From the IMG/VR virus record IMGVR_UViG_3300027906_000009, positions 27,315-91,314 of that record: DNA of 64,000 nucleotides; one strand, written 5' to 3'. The translations under genes and the position numbers were made by a program. The notes beneath the pieces were generated by a model, which searched no databases, was not told the DNA's origin, and worked only from the letters and a program-made list of their open reading frames with translations. This document shows, piece after piece, positions 40,301 through 49,289 of the stretch. Each line of letters starts with the position of its first letter. The first letter of the stretch is position 1. Source of the stretch: a virus.

Positions 40301-43300
40301 TCAAAAGTTTGTCCATCCTTGTGGAGGCCGGTAGACTGTTTCCACCACTGGCTTGCAGGGTCTTCAAAATTTCTTTGCCACCAATTTTTTTTGTAAGAAT
40401 TCCCTTCAGATTTGCCTTTTTTGGTTACTGGCTTTAGCCCTGAAGTGTACTTTGATAAGTATTTAGAGGACAAATGCTTGTCCATATTAATGCCTATATC
40501 TTTACAGGCGCCGCGGCCGTCGTCAAGTAAACTGCCAAAAGCTTGAGTCCATGGTCCGTCGCCAATTGGAAGCCGGTCTCCTGATTTGTTAGTCATCTTT
40601 AGAATATTACTTATGTAATTAACAGTTCTTGGCCTAGTGAATGTTTTTGAAATTCTTCCGTTGTTCCGGATCTGTGCTTCGTCAATAAACATTTTTGCCG
40701 TTATGGCGGCGGGCGCGCTGGCGCCGGGGGCGTTGGCGGTGCCTTTGAATGGTGCTTCGACTACTAGTTTTGTAATTTTTTTTCCTATTAGGGGTCCAAA
40801 TCCAGCGCTGGACTCATCATAAACAAATTGAAATGAAAAATTTAACATAATATCATTTGGTCTGTTTTCAAGTGCGCCGGCGATGAATTTTTGCATCCCG
40901 CCGCGTTTAGTTTTTATCAGAGTTTCAACATCAGAGACAAATTCACTAAGCAAAGATCCTTCGTTGTTTGGTTCAAAATTACTTCGAGGGTCTATATCTA
41001 ACCCTTCTGAAAGGGCTATATCATATGATTCTGATAAGTCTTTTTTTACTATTTTTATACGTTCTTTTAAATTTACAAGAGGAATCTTTAGGGTGTTACT
41101 TTGTTGTAATTCTCTATATTTTTTCTTATCCTTATCACTCAAGGTGCCTGATATAGTTCCATCATCAAATGCGGCCATCTGCTTAAACTGTTCATCGGTT
41201 GCAGAAGTTATATCATTCATATCTCCCATAGTGGCACCTAGGACAGAATCGACGCCCAAACCAGGCAGAGACATCACAGCTTTAGTATATGTATAATCAT
41301 CTCCGCCTAAAGTATTCACACCTAAAAATTCCGAACCTGCAGAAGAGGCCGCGGCGTTCATATCAAATGGCCCTAAGGAGCCTAAATTCACCTCGCCCGG
41401 GCCAGTGCCCATATCTTGCTCTTTATATCCGTCCTTTAGGCGCCTGACAATCTCTCTTCTTCTTTTCCTTGCATGCATACGCCAGTCGTCAAGAGTACGC
41501 TGAGAATCCCCCGAAAGGTCTGCGCAAAAGAGATCTGCAGGAGACGGGGAATCTCCTGCGGGATCTCCTTCTCCAGATTCCTCTCTGATAACTTCCCCGT
41601 CTAATATAAAATTTAATTTTTCTGCATTTATGTGAAAAAGGGCCCTATATGTTTGCCCTGTTCTTAAGGACGGCGTCCTATATTCTATAAATTTTATTAA
41701 AGGATCAGTTCGACCAATATTACTTATGTCCCTCCATGATTGATAATTGTTTTTATCTTCATCAGAACTGCTTTGTAATATATCATCTGTGGTGAGTACC
41801 CAAAAGTTTCTGGACTTTTCAGATTGAGTTGGCTCTTTCTCAAACTCTTGTTTTAAGTATTTTATTTGTTCTTTAAGTGTTTCATATTTTTCTAAACACG
41901 CCACTTCCTCGTTGTTAAGCTGTAGATGTTCTGACCCTTTGATATCCACTGTTGGTAAAAGCATCTGAACAGACTGATCATTGATGTTTTCCTCGTAATA
42001 TACTCCGTCGTATGATACCGTGCGACCCTTTATTCTACCTTCGTCATCATAGTCTATATACTTTTTTATATATTCTATATCACAACCATTTGGCATTTCG
42101 TCTGAAAGTCCCCAATTAAATAATTGATCGACTTGTGGATTGCGATCGCCGCCTGAAAAGTCATTATTAAGCTGTATTTGCTTAATTTCAATATCTTGCT
42201 GTATTTTTACGAATCTTGGTATAGCCATCTTCATGGCTTTGTTGGTAGATGATGGATATATTCCTGAATGTTCTGGTTCCGGTGTTGGTCTGACATTGCC
42301 AAACTGGGCTGATTGAAATGATGATAAGTATTGTTCGTTTGCAGGAATACACCAAATGTCTGGTTTTTCATAAAAGTCTAAAACTTGTCTTAGGGCCCTG
42401 TTTTCCAGATTAACAATTGTCTGCTCATCATACTGTGGGAATGGACCGCATTGCTCTAAAACAAAATCAGTTTCCGTGAAATGTCCAGTTGTAAATTTAT
42501 CGATATAAAATGGTTCTGGATTTGTAAACGGATCTGGGTAAAAGAAGCGTTTTAATGATTGTTCTCTTTGGTCCGAGGTTGGCATCAAAGAGTCCAATAA
42601 TTCTGAATTATTTAATACTTTAATTGCAGATGAATATAAAATACTCTTTTGGTCGTAAATCACATTATATTCTAAAGATGCATACCTGTAATCGAAATTA
42701 GTCGCGGAGTCGTCAGCACGTACCCAATTTCTACGTTCATCGACATGAGCCTTATATCTAGCCAAATCATATTCATTATTATATTCTAATGCATATCGCT
42801 CTAACTGGTCGGCATGCTGCGGATCGGTCGCTAAATATCCAGATGTTTTTAAATCATCAATAGTTTGACCGTAGGAGCCTCTTTGGGCTTCTTTTGCTAG
42901 AACTTCGGGGATTATATCTACGACCGGGCCGTTTTTATGAACTGCTGGTATATGATTATACCCTTGAAGACCGATAATGGTATGGGGCCTCCAGCCATGC
43001 ATAACCGCCAAAGTGGCTTCGAATAAGTTACCAACCTCTTGGTTGAAAAGATCTAACATTGCTGTCAAAACGCGGAGTATGACGCGGTCGTATCTTTCTC
43101 CATCGCGCATTTCAGGAAAATATTCCTGCTGATCATATTCTTCTCCTAAGGGGTCCGGCTCGTACCACGCCGCGTCTTGTCTCTCATCCAATCGCTGACC
43201 CTCGTATGTAGTATCCTTACCTTCCGGCGCATAAGCAATGTCCTTCCAAGTGCCGCGGCTTGCTGGGTCTTTTTCTACGTCTTCTGCAGTTTTTCTTCTA

Positions 43301-43665
43301 TTTGCTAATATTCCTCCTATACCATATTTCTCGAACAAATAACAAGTTATTAAAAACTGATTTTTAATTTGAAAGGCTAGTAGTGCTGATTTAAGTGAAT
43401 CATCAAAAGTAGCAGCCTGCATTAAAGAAATTGGGCGCCCTGTATTACAATCAAACCAACGCTGTGAATCTAACGGGATTGAAGGGTCAAGAGGAGTATT
43501 CATAGGATCCAAATCTGGCCTTGAGGCCTCTAAACCATCAAGATCTTTTATTATATTTAAAGCTATTTTTATAGCTATTATATCTTTGCCGACTTGTCCA
43601 AATACTCTCGGCCCGAATGGTAAAGTTCCGTTCTCATTTATTATTTCTATTCTATATGGTCCCAT
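34312..43665 (-). CDS. Giant acidic virion protein, 3117 aa, with N-terminal peptidoglycan-binding-like motif
   Basis: Intact 9.35-kb ORF between the spike-like and gp25 genes. N-terminal GQVGKDIIAIKIAL...FDDSLKSALLAFQIKN. Confidence 0.6.
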   Translation of the reverse strand: MGPYRIEIINENGTLPFGPRVFGQVGKDIIAIKIALNIIKDLDGLEASRPDLDPMNTPLDPSIPLDSQRWFDCNTGRPISLMQAATFDDSLKSALLAFQIKNQFLITCYLFEKYGIGGILANRRKTAEDVEKDPASRGTWKDIAYAPEGKDTTYEGQRLDERQDAAWYEPDPLGEEYDQQEYFPEMRDGERYDRVILRVLTAMLDLFNQEVGNLFEATLAVMHGWRPHTIIGLQGYNHIPAVHKNGPVVDIIPEVLAKEAQRGSYGQTIDDLKTSGYLATDPQHADQLERYALEYNNEYDLARYKAHVDERRNWVRADDSATNFDYRYASLEYNVIYDQKSILYSSAIKVLNNSELLDSLMPTSDQREQSLKRFFYPDPFTNPEPFYIDKFTTGHFTETDFVLEQCGPFPQYDEQTIVNLENRALRQVLDFYEKPDIWCIPANEQYLSSFQSAQFGNVRPTPEPEHSGIYPSSTNKAMKMAIPRFVKIQQDIEIKQIQLNNDFSGGDRNPQVDQLFNWGLSDEMPNGCDIEYIKKYIDYDDEGRIKGRTVSYDGVYYEENINDQSVQMLLPTVDIKGSEHLQLNNEEVACLEKYETLKEQIKYLKQEFEKEPTQSEKSRNFWVLTTDDILQSSSDEDKNNYQSWRDISNIGRTDPLIKFIEYRTPSLRTGQTYRALFHINAEKLNFILDGEVIREESGEGDPAGDSPSPADLFCADLSGDSQRTLDDWRMHARKRRREIVRRLKDGYKEQDMGTGPGEVNLGSLGPFDMNAAASSAGSEFLGVNTLGGDDYTYTKAVMSLPGLGVDSVLGATMGDMNDITSATDEQFKQMAAFDDGTISGTLSDKDKKKYRELQQSNTLKIPLVNLKERIKIVKKDLSESYDIALSEGLDIDPRSNFEPNNEGSLLSEFVSDVETLIKTKRGGMQKFIAGALENRPNDIMLNFSFQFVYDESSAGFGPLIGKKITKLVVEAPFKGTANAPGASAPAAITAKMFIDEAQIRNNGRISKTFTRPRTVNYISNILKMTNKSGDRLPIGDGPWTQAFGSLLDDGRGACKDIGINMDKHLSSKYLSKYTSGLKPVTKKGKSEGNSYKKNWWQRNFEDPASQWWKQSTGLHKDGQTFEGNENDAFKLAGKVQTVGDLYDQFLDKIDLASLLCDYLKCIKMPTVNLKLPDLYLPPFPKVPIWGQYPNQWKFLKEQLAKLLYQLLLNFISTLIDSLVSPFCEEQLREFIAAGSSAGGPIFDQALAQSLTNLGDAVEKDKAESAKKAFGDVAKIVTGNELCGLMAGQTLDAAGMSMVRRVTSEGMQTEMTDDEVANFFQVLGSYVPDNLCEQISQITAFETSQAPDCSDIASELQSIRNRLQAGDGDCVTSEELQRVLDKAERDLKNTENSLREFSGMEIGSMVPPGFGIGNPNAIINTLPDFLERELQTTAENVFMSAKLAYQGTLSTYVPYMSISTADHPDATKEATYFTDNELIMEANSTRLALYGTALEQSSFMSKAEVLKQELTKQEYDDLIGSASDYEEYMLTPQEVQQFILRDEKLKEDIDIGILEIENYKEILESDDQMYQNAGVLNLDVTQAQRNSFVTNAKSDPSIIFDTSADLALELFLPYEQREEIYGIAGRPRDASIKTLQRDYTLDIYRPEFYISDLDLDGLTISDRYINLYDSDVPDLVKLSAEGSILRDIEKFKIRYNVERFKKWMNTFKQDDDGKIFQLLYPEPWTGPWRRVGAMLYGNQEEKWQYEARTKEGVLISSRLEEDRIGDPSIDPREHNGHFAYEIRDEPYTTEQFNFGRESNRMHTYSDEEYFDLDHKNKRHSSFIVNLNLHMVNNYIKLIREQYAVYLGTAHWRPYRNKRSALEGIKNPTESGLQQKIITDQNIKVLLNQSEDFGVADGIVINETKPLGSLKKTWEKMREDASTRIEKLKEYGKIEITAFQAKMLYTMFETEEIEYVDPDTGGVQKRKVHVKYAVTPTTDPQTGEKYIPFICAQHSQAGRESNYFNITDSQGITKLTYSVFSKTSEGDQYHPRKLSYEEYVRKVNDPENEDMFVLSTIACANDPDGIGPAQDPGSRSSYPWHPHVLGLNSTAEIDWPIATTDYAGGPFTAMTEEVVKEIAYLQGLITAEQRADLTKAIGMHYGGENIYDRMHGFVEKTAINNPDLLKAISDRVRLLSGDLETALENRPSQISEKHLLMMQKFIRTEKFIAPELSGLQIRDHVPRPSDLKIKLEFNVTDSYSPSIVFTQKPAKKNQDRFDISVESDFHILQSRKNPAGKINSRYFKQFKYCESIPDRITKFNERGEDKYFSKNEAFSKIVTNSLKNNGISTDTLTSAAHSGLYTDVYKDVTETVFQNMGNSFRESPLFDEEYAGQLHNRLAAEVNIDEENKCIRNRYGLTSDSVLDFNKIILSDAKKEYYKEASKPENSAFNQTIDSVGPLEKSLQNLALVAFVRVCLIDTLLKGGLAFSDWDIEPVITEPLYKDYIIYHVKLELDRNRNCKHLWRDILERTTGITNTDLALKSLIEEELIKLPDYSKQVFNPNTSDEDGIDWYTKNYIPVCEPSSFLGPTTIQGAPGLLYSAAQEVIGPGRTQSKVYEKNTSNFIIETYVSLSGKIITKEIIEDPNIRANTNTNGLGLRLSDKFNQNSEETGEMIVSTASFNMLIERINNVFDTEVLRDIFENSTIKHGSRLNLLAVSNFDSSLIPTGEDQSGTFNISGPWPNDVFSDNAMREICNIEDIRSGDISRTQRAYRVWVRSTGYLEDNLALSIPLVKHERVIDLESCESILKDGMDREISRNFIVQKLKEKQEYRDLFETIFPIKRYMGMYSIMSSSILGGYNKLPTTFESCKQSISFLMKLCSTSAREQWGLIPLKPDQYQKTLTDQFPADPTKASCFGFPGGEFFLQMLEDLAKLALQFPSIIFRGIARVLDPAYQEMREHYLNCDLRRIESAHEDNPYGDFGWKSIAWEGTMDDTTTAGLLLPRGDTPDQRNKEKGAYAPITPIAALDVVYAVTSSWRKLPARLGKTTLKTLAYIYGGNLPFLDMSRGFNIPCLNPEDADDWKKGNKYDVGKYGRYGHALSLWTALALSTPALKSDMILKKANCRVINNEEIPSEECEDY

Positions 43666-43693
43666 TTTTTGTCACCTATGTCTATATTAATAA

Positions 43694-44743
43694 TTATGTT
43701 ATAGTAACATATTTGCTAAATATACAATCCTGATGGTATTGATTTAAGTAAGTTGTTTCCAAAGTTGGTACATTATATACTTTGGAAGCGTTGACTAGAA
43801 TTAATTTAGCCATGTCTTGTATCTGTTTTATTTGATTCGCTGCTTGATTAATCGGGTTACATGTAGATGCGCCAAAGGGGCCGACATATATCTCGTTTGC
43901 AAACATATGATTTATAGCTTTTTGTTCAGTAATATAACTATTCATCAATTGGAGTATATCTTGAATATATTGGACCACATCTTGCATCATCTTTGAAACC
44001 TTGTCTCCGCGGAGAGCATAAGTTTGCCCTCTGGTTCCTACTCCATTTTTAGCTACAAGGTGTATCTTCCCAGAATCATTGATTGGATATCCATTTGAAT
44101 CTAATCTAGTTTCAACATCCCCTCCGGCCACAAGATAAATATCTCTTCTGGAGTGTGCTCTGATCCTGTCTGCTTTTAATACGATTGCGCTGCAAGGGTT
44201 TTTATCATCCATAAAGCCAGAAAATTGTTTTTTTATTTTAAAATAATCATCTACTTTGCACATTTGTGAAATATAGATTCTGGCCGCGTCCATCACAAAC
44301 CCAAGATGTGGATGATCATGAGTAAGTGTGACATTGCTTTTTAAATTTTGGTCGTGTCTCGTAGTGTAATGAGGCATGAGCTTTTCTGGAAATTTATCAT
44401 ATATTCTCTTGTCAATTGCGTATGGAGCGCCTCGGCCGACTATAATGTCGATGGCGCCGGCGCCCATGTGTGTTGAGTAGCCCGATTCTTCTGAATCTGA
44501 AAAATCTTGATTTGGATCTTCTTTCGAATTCGGACCGAAGGGGTACCTATCTCTACCCATTACAATTATTGTATTATTATTAACTTCTCCTGTTCCAAGC
44601 GACGCGTCGGGTTCGATTATTTTATCACCCGCTCTTTTCGCGAATATTGGTACAGGCTCTGATAATGATGATTTACCCAGCCCATTCCAACCTTTCATGT
44701 ACCTTTCATCTTCTATGTGATATTTAATCTTTTCTTTTTTCAC
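43694..44743 (-). CDS. Putative baseplate spike/hub protein (gp5 C-terminal-like)
   Basis: GTG start with AGGAG SD. R.GD...N..IVMGRD, DAARIYISQ and AIVLKADRIR beta-repeats, then ALRGD and a helical C-terminus. Position before gp25. Confidence 0.5.
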   Translation of the reverse strand: MKKEKIKYHIEDERYMKGWNGLGKSSLSEPVPIFAKRAGDKIIEPDASLGTGEVNNNTIIVMGRDRYPFGPNSKEDPNQDFSDSEESGYSTHMGAGAIDIIVGRGAPYAIDKRIYDKFPEKLMPHYTTRHDQNLKSNVTLTHDHPHLGFVMDAARIYISQMCKVDDYFKIKKQFSGFMDDKNPCSAIVLKADRIRAHSRRDIYLVAGGDVETRLDSNGYPINDSGKIHLVAKNGVGTRGQTYALRGDKVSKMMQDVVQYIQDILQLMNSYITEQKAINHMFANEIYVGPFGASTCNPINQAANQIKQIQDMAKLILVNASKVYNVPTLETTYLNQYHQDCIFSKYVTIT

Positions 44744-44760
44744 TTTTTCTCCTGTCTATT

Positions 44761-45429
44761 TCAACCTGACTTTGGTTTTGAGGCTGCTTGAGAATATATC
44801 TTGTCAATTCTTGCTATAAATTTAGTTACCGAATTTTTTTGAACTGAAATTTTTACAACATCGTTAAATCTCGGTTCAGTATTTGCCGATGCAAAGAAGG
44901 CAACTGGATGCATAGAGATTTTTGCTGCTTCTAACCGTGCTGCATCAATGTTTTTTTGATCTGTAGACTTCTTCTCCGCGGCTTTGTCTCTTTCTGGCTT
45001 GGGCGTATTTGCTGAAGTTTCTGATGCTGCTTTTGTTAAGGCTGAGGTGAAATCTTGTAATTTATTAATATCAATATCTGGCAGTATTGAACTAAACTCT
45101 TCCACCCAGACATGACATTCATAATATGTAATGCCGGACCGGCTGGTTTGACCCGCCTTGACACCCTGAACTTCTTGATTAATTGTTTTATGAAGCCACG
45201 TTTCTGAATGTATTCTGTCGAAAGCTGTTGAGTCCATTGGGCGGACGGAAAGGATCACTCCCAGTAAACGATCTTCTACCGCGTTACCATCTAAGTCCTT
45301 CTTCACCGTTTTTAACATATGCTGGAGTTTCAACGATGGTGAAGTATATACTGGTGGGGTAGTAGCGGCGTTTGGTCCCGGGGCATGAGTTACTGATGTT
45401 GGGGTTTTTGAACTGTCTCCGTTTGCCAT
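44761..45429 (-). CDS. Hypothetical baseplate-associated protein (possible OB-fold)
   Basis: Intact ORF with AGGAG SD. GVILSV...ECHVWVEE...P..NDVVKIS pattern. Upstream of the spike-like gene. Confidence 0.45.
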   Translation of the reverse strand: MANGDSSKTPTSVTHAPGPNAATTPPVYTSPSLKLQHMLKTVKKDLDGNAVEDRLLGVILSVRPMDSTAFDRIHSETWLHKTINQEVQGVKAGQTSRSGITYYECHVWVEEFSSILPDIDINKLQDFTSALTKAASETSANTPKPERDKAAEKKSTDQKNIDAARLEAAKISMHPVAFFASANTEPRFNDVVKISVQKNSVTKFIARIDKIYSQAASKPKSG

Positions 45430-45431
45430 GA

Positions 45432-45728
45432 TTATTTCTCCTTTTCGTTGATTAGATCAAAAAGGTCTTGCCTCTCTTCCTCTGAGATTTTTTCATCTTT
45501 TGAGTTTCTTTTTTGCATCAATGAGGCTAATTTAACCAATTGTTCATTGGATCTTTGCAAGGTCTCAAGGTACTTTGCAGCTATTATTCCAAATTCCCTA
45601 TGTCGATCCTCTCCGACTTGCATGTGTTTCATCAAACTCATTAACAAAGTTTTTGTAGCCGCTCGGTCATCAACAATATTTTGTGTCGCATCATCGATAA
45701 ACGACTCTAATGATTTTTTACCACTCAT
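45432..45728 (-). CDS. Hypothetical helical protein, 98 aa
   Basis: Intact ORF packed tightly after the sigma gene. Confidence 0.7.
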   Translation of the reverse strand: MSGKKSLESFIDDATQNIVDDRAATKTLLMSLMKHMQVGEDRHREFGIIAAKYLETLQRSNEQLVKLASLMQKRNSKDEKISEEERQDLFDLINEKEK

Positions 45729-45737
45729 AATAATATA

Positions 45738-46421
45738 CTACCTGTTCCACTTTGTTTTAAATGTTCTATATTTTTCTCTGAGTTTATTCAAATTATTAAC
45801 CACTTGCTTTGTATTTAAACCTGTCAACTCTCTTAAATATAGATAGACTGCTTTTTTATTAAATATTTCTATATCTTCAATATTATGAAGAAGTACTTTG
45901 ACGGCCTCTAATACTGCTTTTTCATTTTCTTTTAAATTTCCCGTATCCCATTTATCAACTTGTTTCAAAAGACAAAGCCAAAATTCAGCCTCTGCTCTGT
46001 CACTTAAATAATCTTGAGCTTTTCCCGCGGCGCCTAGGGCATCTGGGCCTCCAGTTTGTACTATATTTTCGTAAGAAACTTCTTTTCTAATTTTTTTTGA
46101 ATTTTGCTTTACTTTGTGAATAAACCAATTTTTAGTTACAACTGAAAAGTAAGAGAATGCTTTTGATCCTTTGTTCGGGTCGTATTTATCTAATATTGTT
46201 GTTAACCATATTTTACAATCATCTCTTAAATAGTCTATATTTGGTAAATTATTGAATTTATAAGTGAAGATTATTTTGTTTACCATTTCATCAAAAGCAG
46301 GTTGAATAAGTGTCATATAAAGTTTTGATTTTTCCTGTCTGCTTGAGGAAAGTGCGTATCTCACGATTGCATCTTCATGAACTTTTGTAAAATAATTATT
46401 TTTTGTTCTCTTTTTCCTCAT
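45738..46421 (-). CDS. Phage RNA polymerase sigma factor (T4 gp55-like late sigma)
   Basis: NNYFT...AIVRY, I.PAF.EMV..I and KYDPNKGSKAFSYFSVVTKN (region 2, compare gp55 FDP.K..NPFAYFT). Confidence 0.8.
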   Translation of the reverse strand: MRKKRTKNNYFTKVHEDAIVRYALSSSRQEKSKLYMTLIQPAFDEMVNKIIFTYKFNNLPNIDYLRDDCKIWLTTILDKYDPNKGSKAFSYFSVVTKNWFIHKVKQNSKKIRKEVSYENIVQTGGPDALGAAGKAQDYLSDRAEAEFWLCLLKQVDKWDTGNLKENEKAVLEAVKVLLHNIEDIEIFNKKAVYLYLRELTGLNTKQVVNNLNKLREKYRTFKTKWNR

Positions 46422-46710
46422 CTATTCCTATATTATCTTTCAACTCCTCATTTAAAACGAGGTCTAAATTTTCTAACTTATCGATAAGCTCTGAAGTGTG
46501 TTGTAGTAGAGCCCTAAGTGTCTCATCTCCATAAAATGTTTCTAAACCATAAATTGTCTCAAGGTGTGCACGAAATTCTTCTATTAAATCACTAACTGAA
46601 AATATGTCTTCGTTTATCACTTTTATTGTTTTTAAAAGCCACCTAACATAAAATAAAGATAAACCACTAAAAATTAATGAAAACAAAAATAAATAAAACC
46701 ATATACTCAT
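46396..46710 (-). CDS. Membrane-anchored hypothetical protein
   Basis: N-terminal TM WFYLFLFSLIFSGLSLFYV followed by a helical region. Confidence 0.7.
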   Translation of the reverse strand: MSIWFYLFLFSLIFSGLSLFYVRWLLKTIKVINEDIFSVSDLIEEFRAHLETIYGLETFYGDETLRALLQHTSELIDKLENLDLVLNEELKDNIGIDEEKENKK

Positions 46711-46712
46711 AT

Positions 46713-46964
46713 CTAAAACTCTTTTTCTTTCAATAAAATCTTTTCTTTTTTCATTTCTTCTTTTGCATCATTTATATATTTATTTACTATTGACCCGGGC
46801 TTGGGAACACCAAAGGAAGGAGTTTTATCGACAATTGATAATGAAGGAACTTTAAAAATATTATCAGAATCACAAAATAAGCATGTTTGTTCTTCAAAGG
46901 ACATAGGGTGTTTTATTTCGAACTCTTCACAACAATCATTGCATTTGTAGCAATAAATAGGCAT
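46713..46964 (-). CDS. FmdB-family zinc-ribbon protein
   Basis: MPIY.YKC.DC...FE...C..C.S pattern. Confidence 0.8.
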   Translation of the reverse strand: MPIYCYKCNDCCEEFEIKHPMSFEEQTCLFCDSDNIFKVPSLSIVDKTPSFGVPKPGSIVNKYINDAKEEMKKEKILLKEKEF

Positions 46965-47170
46965 CAATCAGTATCCAAATTTTCCGATATTTCAGGGTTG
47001 AAAGATTGATTTCCTACCTTAAAAGTTGGCGGGTTTTGAACCGTGAGTTCTTCATTTTCATTCTGTTTAAACACAAAATCCTTCAATGTTGGCACTATAT
47101 CACTTTGTTCTAGCAATGATTTTTGCAATGCCATCATGATGGCCCCCATTGCCTGATTAGATAATTTCAT
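46964..47170 (-). CDS. Hypothetical protein, 68 aa
   Basis: AAGGAG SD. Stop overlaps the next start (TGATG). Confidence 0.7.
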   Translation of the reverse strand: MKLSNQAMGAIMMALQKSLLEQSDIVPTLKDFVFKQNENEELTVQNPPTFKVGNQSFNPEISENLDTD

Positions 47171-47223
47171 TATAACTTCTCCTTTTTAAATAATTGTATC
47201 ACAATAAGTTCTTAATTTAAACA

Positions 47224-48138
47224 TTATTTAAAGTTAATAGCTTTACCGAAGATAGGTTCCAATTGTTGCAAATACATTGGTAACCATTTTTTTCTAATAT
47301 CTATAATATTTTTTGAGTTTTCAGCGCAATTAAATTTTTCAAAAATATCATATAATTCGTCATGTGTGCACACAACGGACCCAAATTTTGAAGCGGTTGA
47401 GGCCCGGGCATCGTGTGCTATTGTTATACTTGGGATTCCGAAGGTGGCTGCCCAGCCTGAGCCGTGGATTCTAGTTCCCACAACTAAATCAAAATTCTTA
47501 TAAAACTCAAAATAGTCATTCATATCGGATGAATATAAAACATCCCAACCATTGTTTATTGCCTCTGCATAATCCACATAACTATGGCATATAACTGTAG
47601 GGTTATATTTATTTATAAACTCCTTACTTATTCTATTAACTTGTTCTGCCGGCGAACAGATATACCTAGAGTTTGCCTGGTAGCAGAAAGCTATTTTTTC
47701 TTTTTTTGTTACAATACTGGGGTCCATTTCAGTAACTGCATATATAGAAGGGCAAGGCGCTACGATCGAATTGGGAATCATACCAGCAGCGTTGTCTCTT
47801 GCAAATGCGATTGTGGCTGAAGAGTAAGGCCGGTCGCTTCGATATGGAAGGCCTCCGACACCTATATAAGAAAAAGGGACCCCATGAGATGATATAAGTC
47901 TGTATAAGTCGTCGTTAGGGCTTTCATAATATTCTGGTGAGCCTGCAAATACTATATGATCGATAATTTCATCTCCCACACCAAAGGTGTAACTGTTGTC
48001 TCCTTTCCTGTCCGGTTTAAAGTGTGGGTGTCTATTAAACATAATAAAGGTATGTGCTCCTAATAAGTTTCTGACCCCTTTTAGTATTAATTCGTCTCCC
48101 GGGTTCCACTGTTTTGTCGTTGAGAATGCTATTTTCAT
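47224..48138 (-). CDS. Polysaccharide pyruvyltransferase family protein
   Basis: WNPGDELI, GVG, ARD, PCP and VVGTRIHG...A..FGIPSI. Confidence 0.8.
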   Translation of the reverse strand: MKIAFSTTKQWNPGDELILKGVRNLLGAHTFIMFNRHPHFKPDRKGDNSYTFGVGDEIIDHIVFAGSPEYYESPNDDLYRLISSHGVPFSYIGVGGLPYRSDRPYSSATIAFARDNAAGMIPNSIVAPCPSIYAVTEMDPSIVTKKEKIAFCYQANSRYICSPAEQVNRISKEFINKYNPTVICHSYVDYAEAINNGWDVLYSSDMNDYFEFYKNFDLVVGTRIHGSGWAATFGIPSITIAHDARASTASKFGSVVCTHDELYDIFEKFNCAENSKNIIDIRKKWLPMYLQQLEPIFGKAINFK

Positions 48139-48155
48139 GTTATATTACTCCTCTC

Positions 48156-48914
48156 TTAGCTTCCAGTATACCATAAATTTCCATATAATTGTGTTCTTTG
48201 TAATTTGTAGTGATCATAATAAATTTTAGCTGCATGTAATGTTCTGTCATTCGGAGAAAAAATTACAATGCTGTTATTTTCATTAATAGATTTTTCTTCT
48301 TTGCACCAATCCCAAGGAACCCACTCTCTTTGGGTGTTGGGATTTTTTTCCCACTCTTCATATTTCCATTCATATTCTTTTTTGAAGGACATTATTTTTG
48401 TATGTATATCCAAAAGCTCTGCTCCGGGCTTGTTGATATTCAATAAATATGTCATAGCTTTTTCTCTCATATCCGGATGTGGACTTATTTGATATCTAGA
48501 TAAATACTTTCTAATATCCGTATGTAACCTTGTTGGGCGCGAAAGATTAAACTTGCTTTTCAAACAATTATGAAATTTATCACTTCTAAAAAAATTCAAC
48601 AAATTTATAAGAATCGGGTTTTCTGGCTTATCTAGTCTGAATCCCATCCCTAGAATACCTTTTTTATCTTTCACCATTTCGAGATATTCATTTAAATTAG
48701 TGGTCACACCTGCGCCGGCGAAGGGGGTATATTGCTTTTGTATAAGGTTTTGAAATAACTCCAAGTCGTTCTCACACTCATCAAAGTGGAGTTGCTTGTC
48801 CTGCAAAAGATTACTAAGGTGTTCTTCTTTTAATAAATCTTTTATTTCTAAGTGTTTGTATGGTTTTTCTATTATTTTTTCATTATTTATTTTTTCTAAA
48901 ATATATTCAAACAT
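48156..48914 (-). CDS. 2OG-Fe(II) oxygenase (prolyl-hydroxylase-like)
   Basis: PYKH N-terminal motif, ISPHPD (HxD), K..TYLL, N..VIF...TLHA and distal R. Confidence 0.8.
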   Translation of the reverse strand: MFEYILEKINNEKIIEKPYKHLEIKDLLKEEHLSNLLQDKQLHFDECENDLELFQNLIQKQYTPFAGAGVTTNLNEYLEMVKDKKGILGMGFRLDKPENPILINLLNFFRSDKFHNCLKSKFNLSRPTRLHTDIRKYLSRYQISPHPDMREKAMTYLLNINKPGAELLDIHTKIMSFKKEYEWKYEEWEKNPNTQREWVPWDWCKEEKSINENNSIVIFSPNDRTLHAAKIYYDHYKLQRTQLYGNLWYTGS

Positions 48915-48917
48915 TTT

Positions 48918-49289
48918 TTAATCTCCTTTAATTATGCGATATGAATCTTCATCCATGTGTGTGGTCGAAAATTCAAATAGTTCTGTATCTTCTATAGCTA
49001 TCATTTGATGTCTAAGGCCTCGATAAACATGAAAATTATCCCCACGAGTGAGGATTTTCTCCTTTGCGTTCAATATATCATCTGAATCTGAATATTTGAC
49101 CAGGATTCTTCCAGACTGTATATAAAACACTTCATCCTTTAATATGTGATAATGCCAAGAACACCTCTTCCCCTTTACAAAATAAAGAAGTTTTCCACAA
49201 TACTCTTCATTATTTACTATCCATTTCTCAAAACCCCAGCCTTTTGGGACAAACTTCATCTGTATATTTATACTGTTTTCAGATTTCAT
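48918..49289 (-). CDS. Cupin sugar isomerase-like protein (mannose-6-P or lyxose isomerase type)
   Basis: VPKGWG.E...YCGK.L...CSWHYH..KDE.FY...G...H...EFST.H...DSYR. Confidence 0.8.
   Translation of the reverse strand: MKSENSINIQMKFVPKGWGFEKWIVNNEEYCGKLLYFVKGKRCSWHYHILKDEVFYIQSGRILVKYSDSDDILNAKEKILTRGDNFHVYRGLRHQMIAIEDTELFEFSTTHMDEDSYRIIKGD

Noticed and set aside
18974-43665. Inteins, introns or diversity-generating retroelement targets explaining the giant ORFs
   Set aside because: I saw no intein splice-junction motifs, homing endonuclease motifs, reverse transcriptase or TR/VR repeat pair by eye.
8024-45429. Bacterial contractile injection system (eCIS/T6SS) or chromosomal LPS island
   Set aside because: Terminase, primase, resolvase, phage sigma and the uniform strand layout indicate a phage genome. 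No integrase or host housekeeping block is seen.
46226-46234. ACTATTTAA inside the sigma gene as a promoter
   Set aside because: It is about 500 nt from the next start and is explained by Asp-Tyr-Leu codons.
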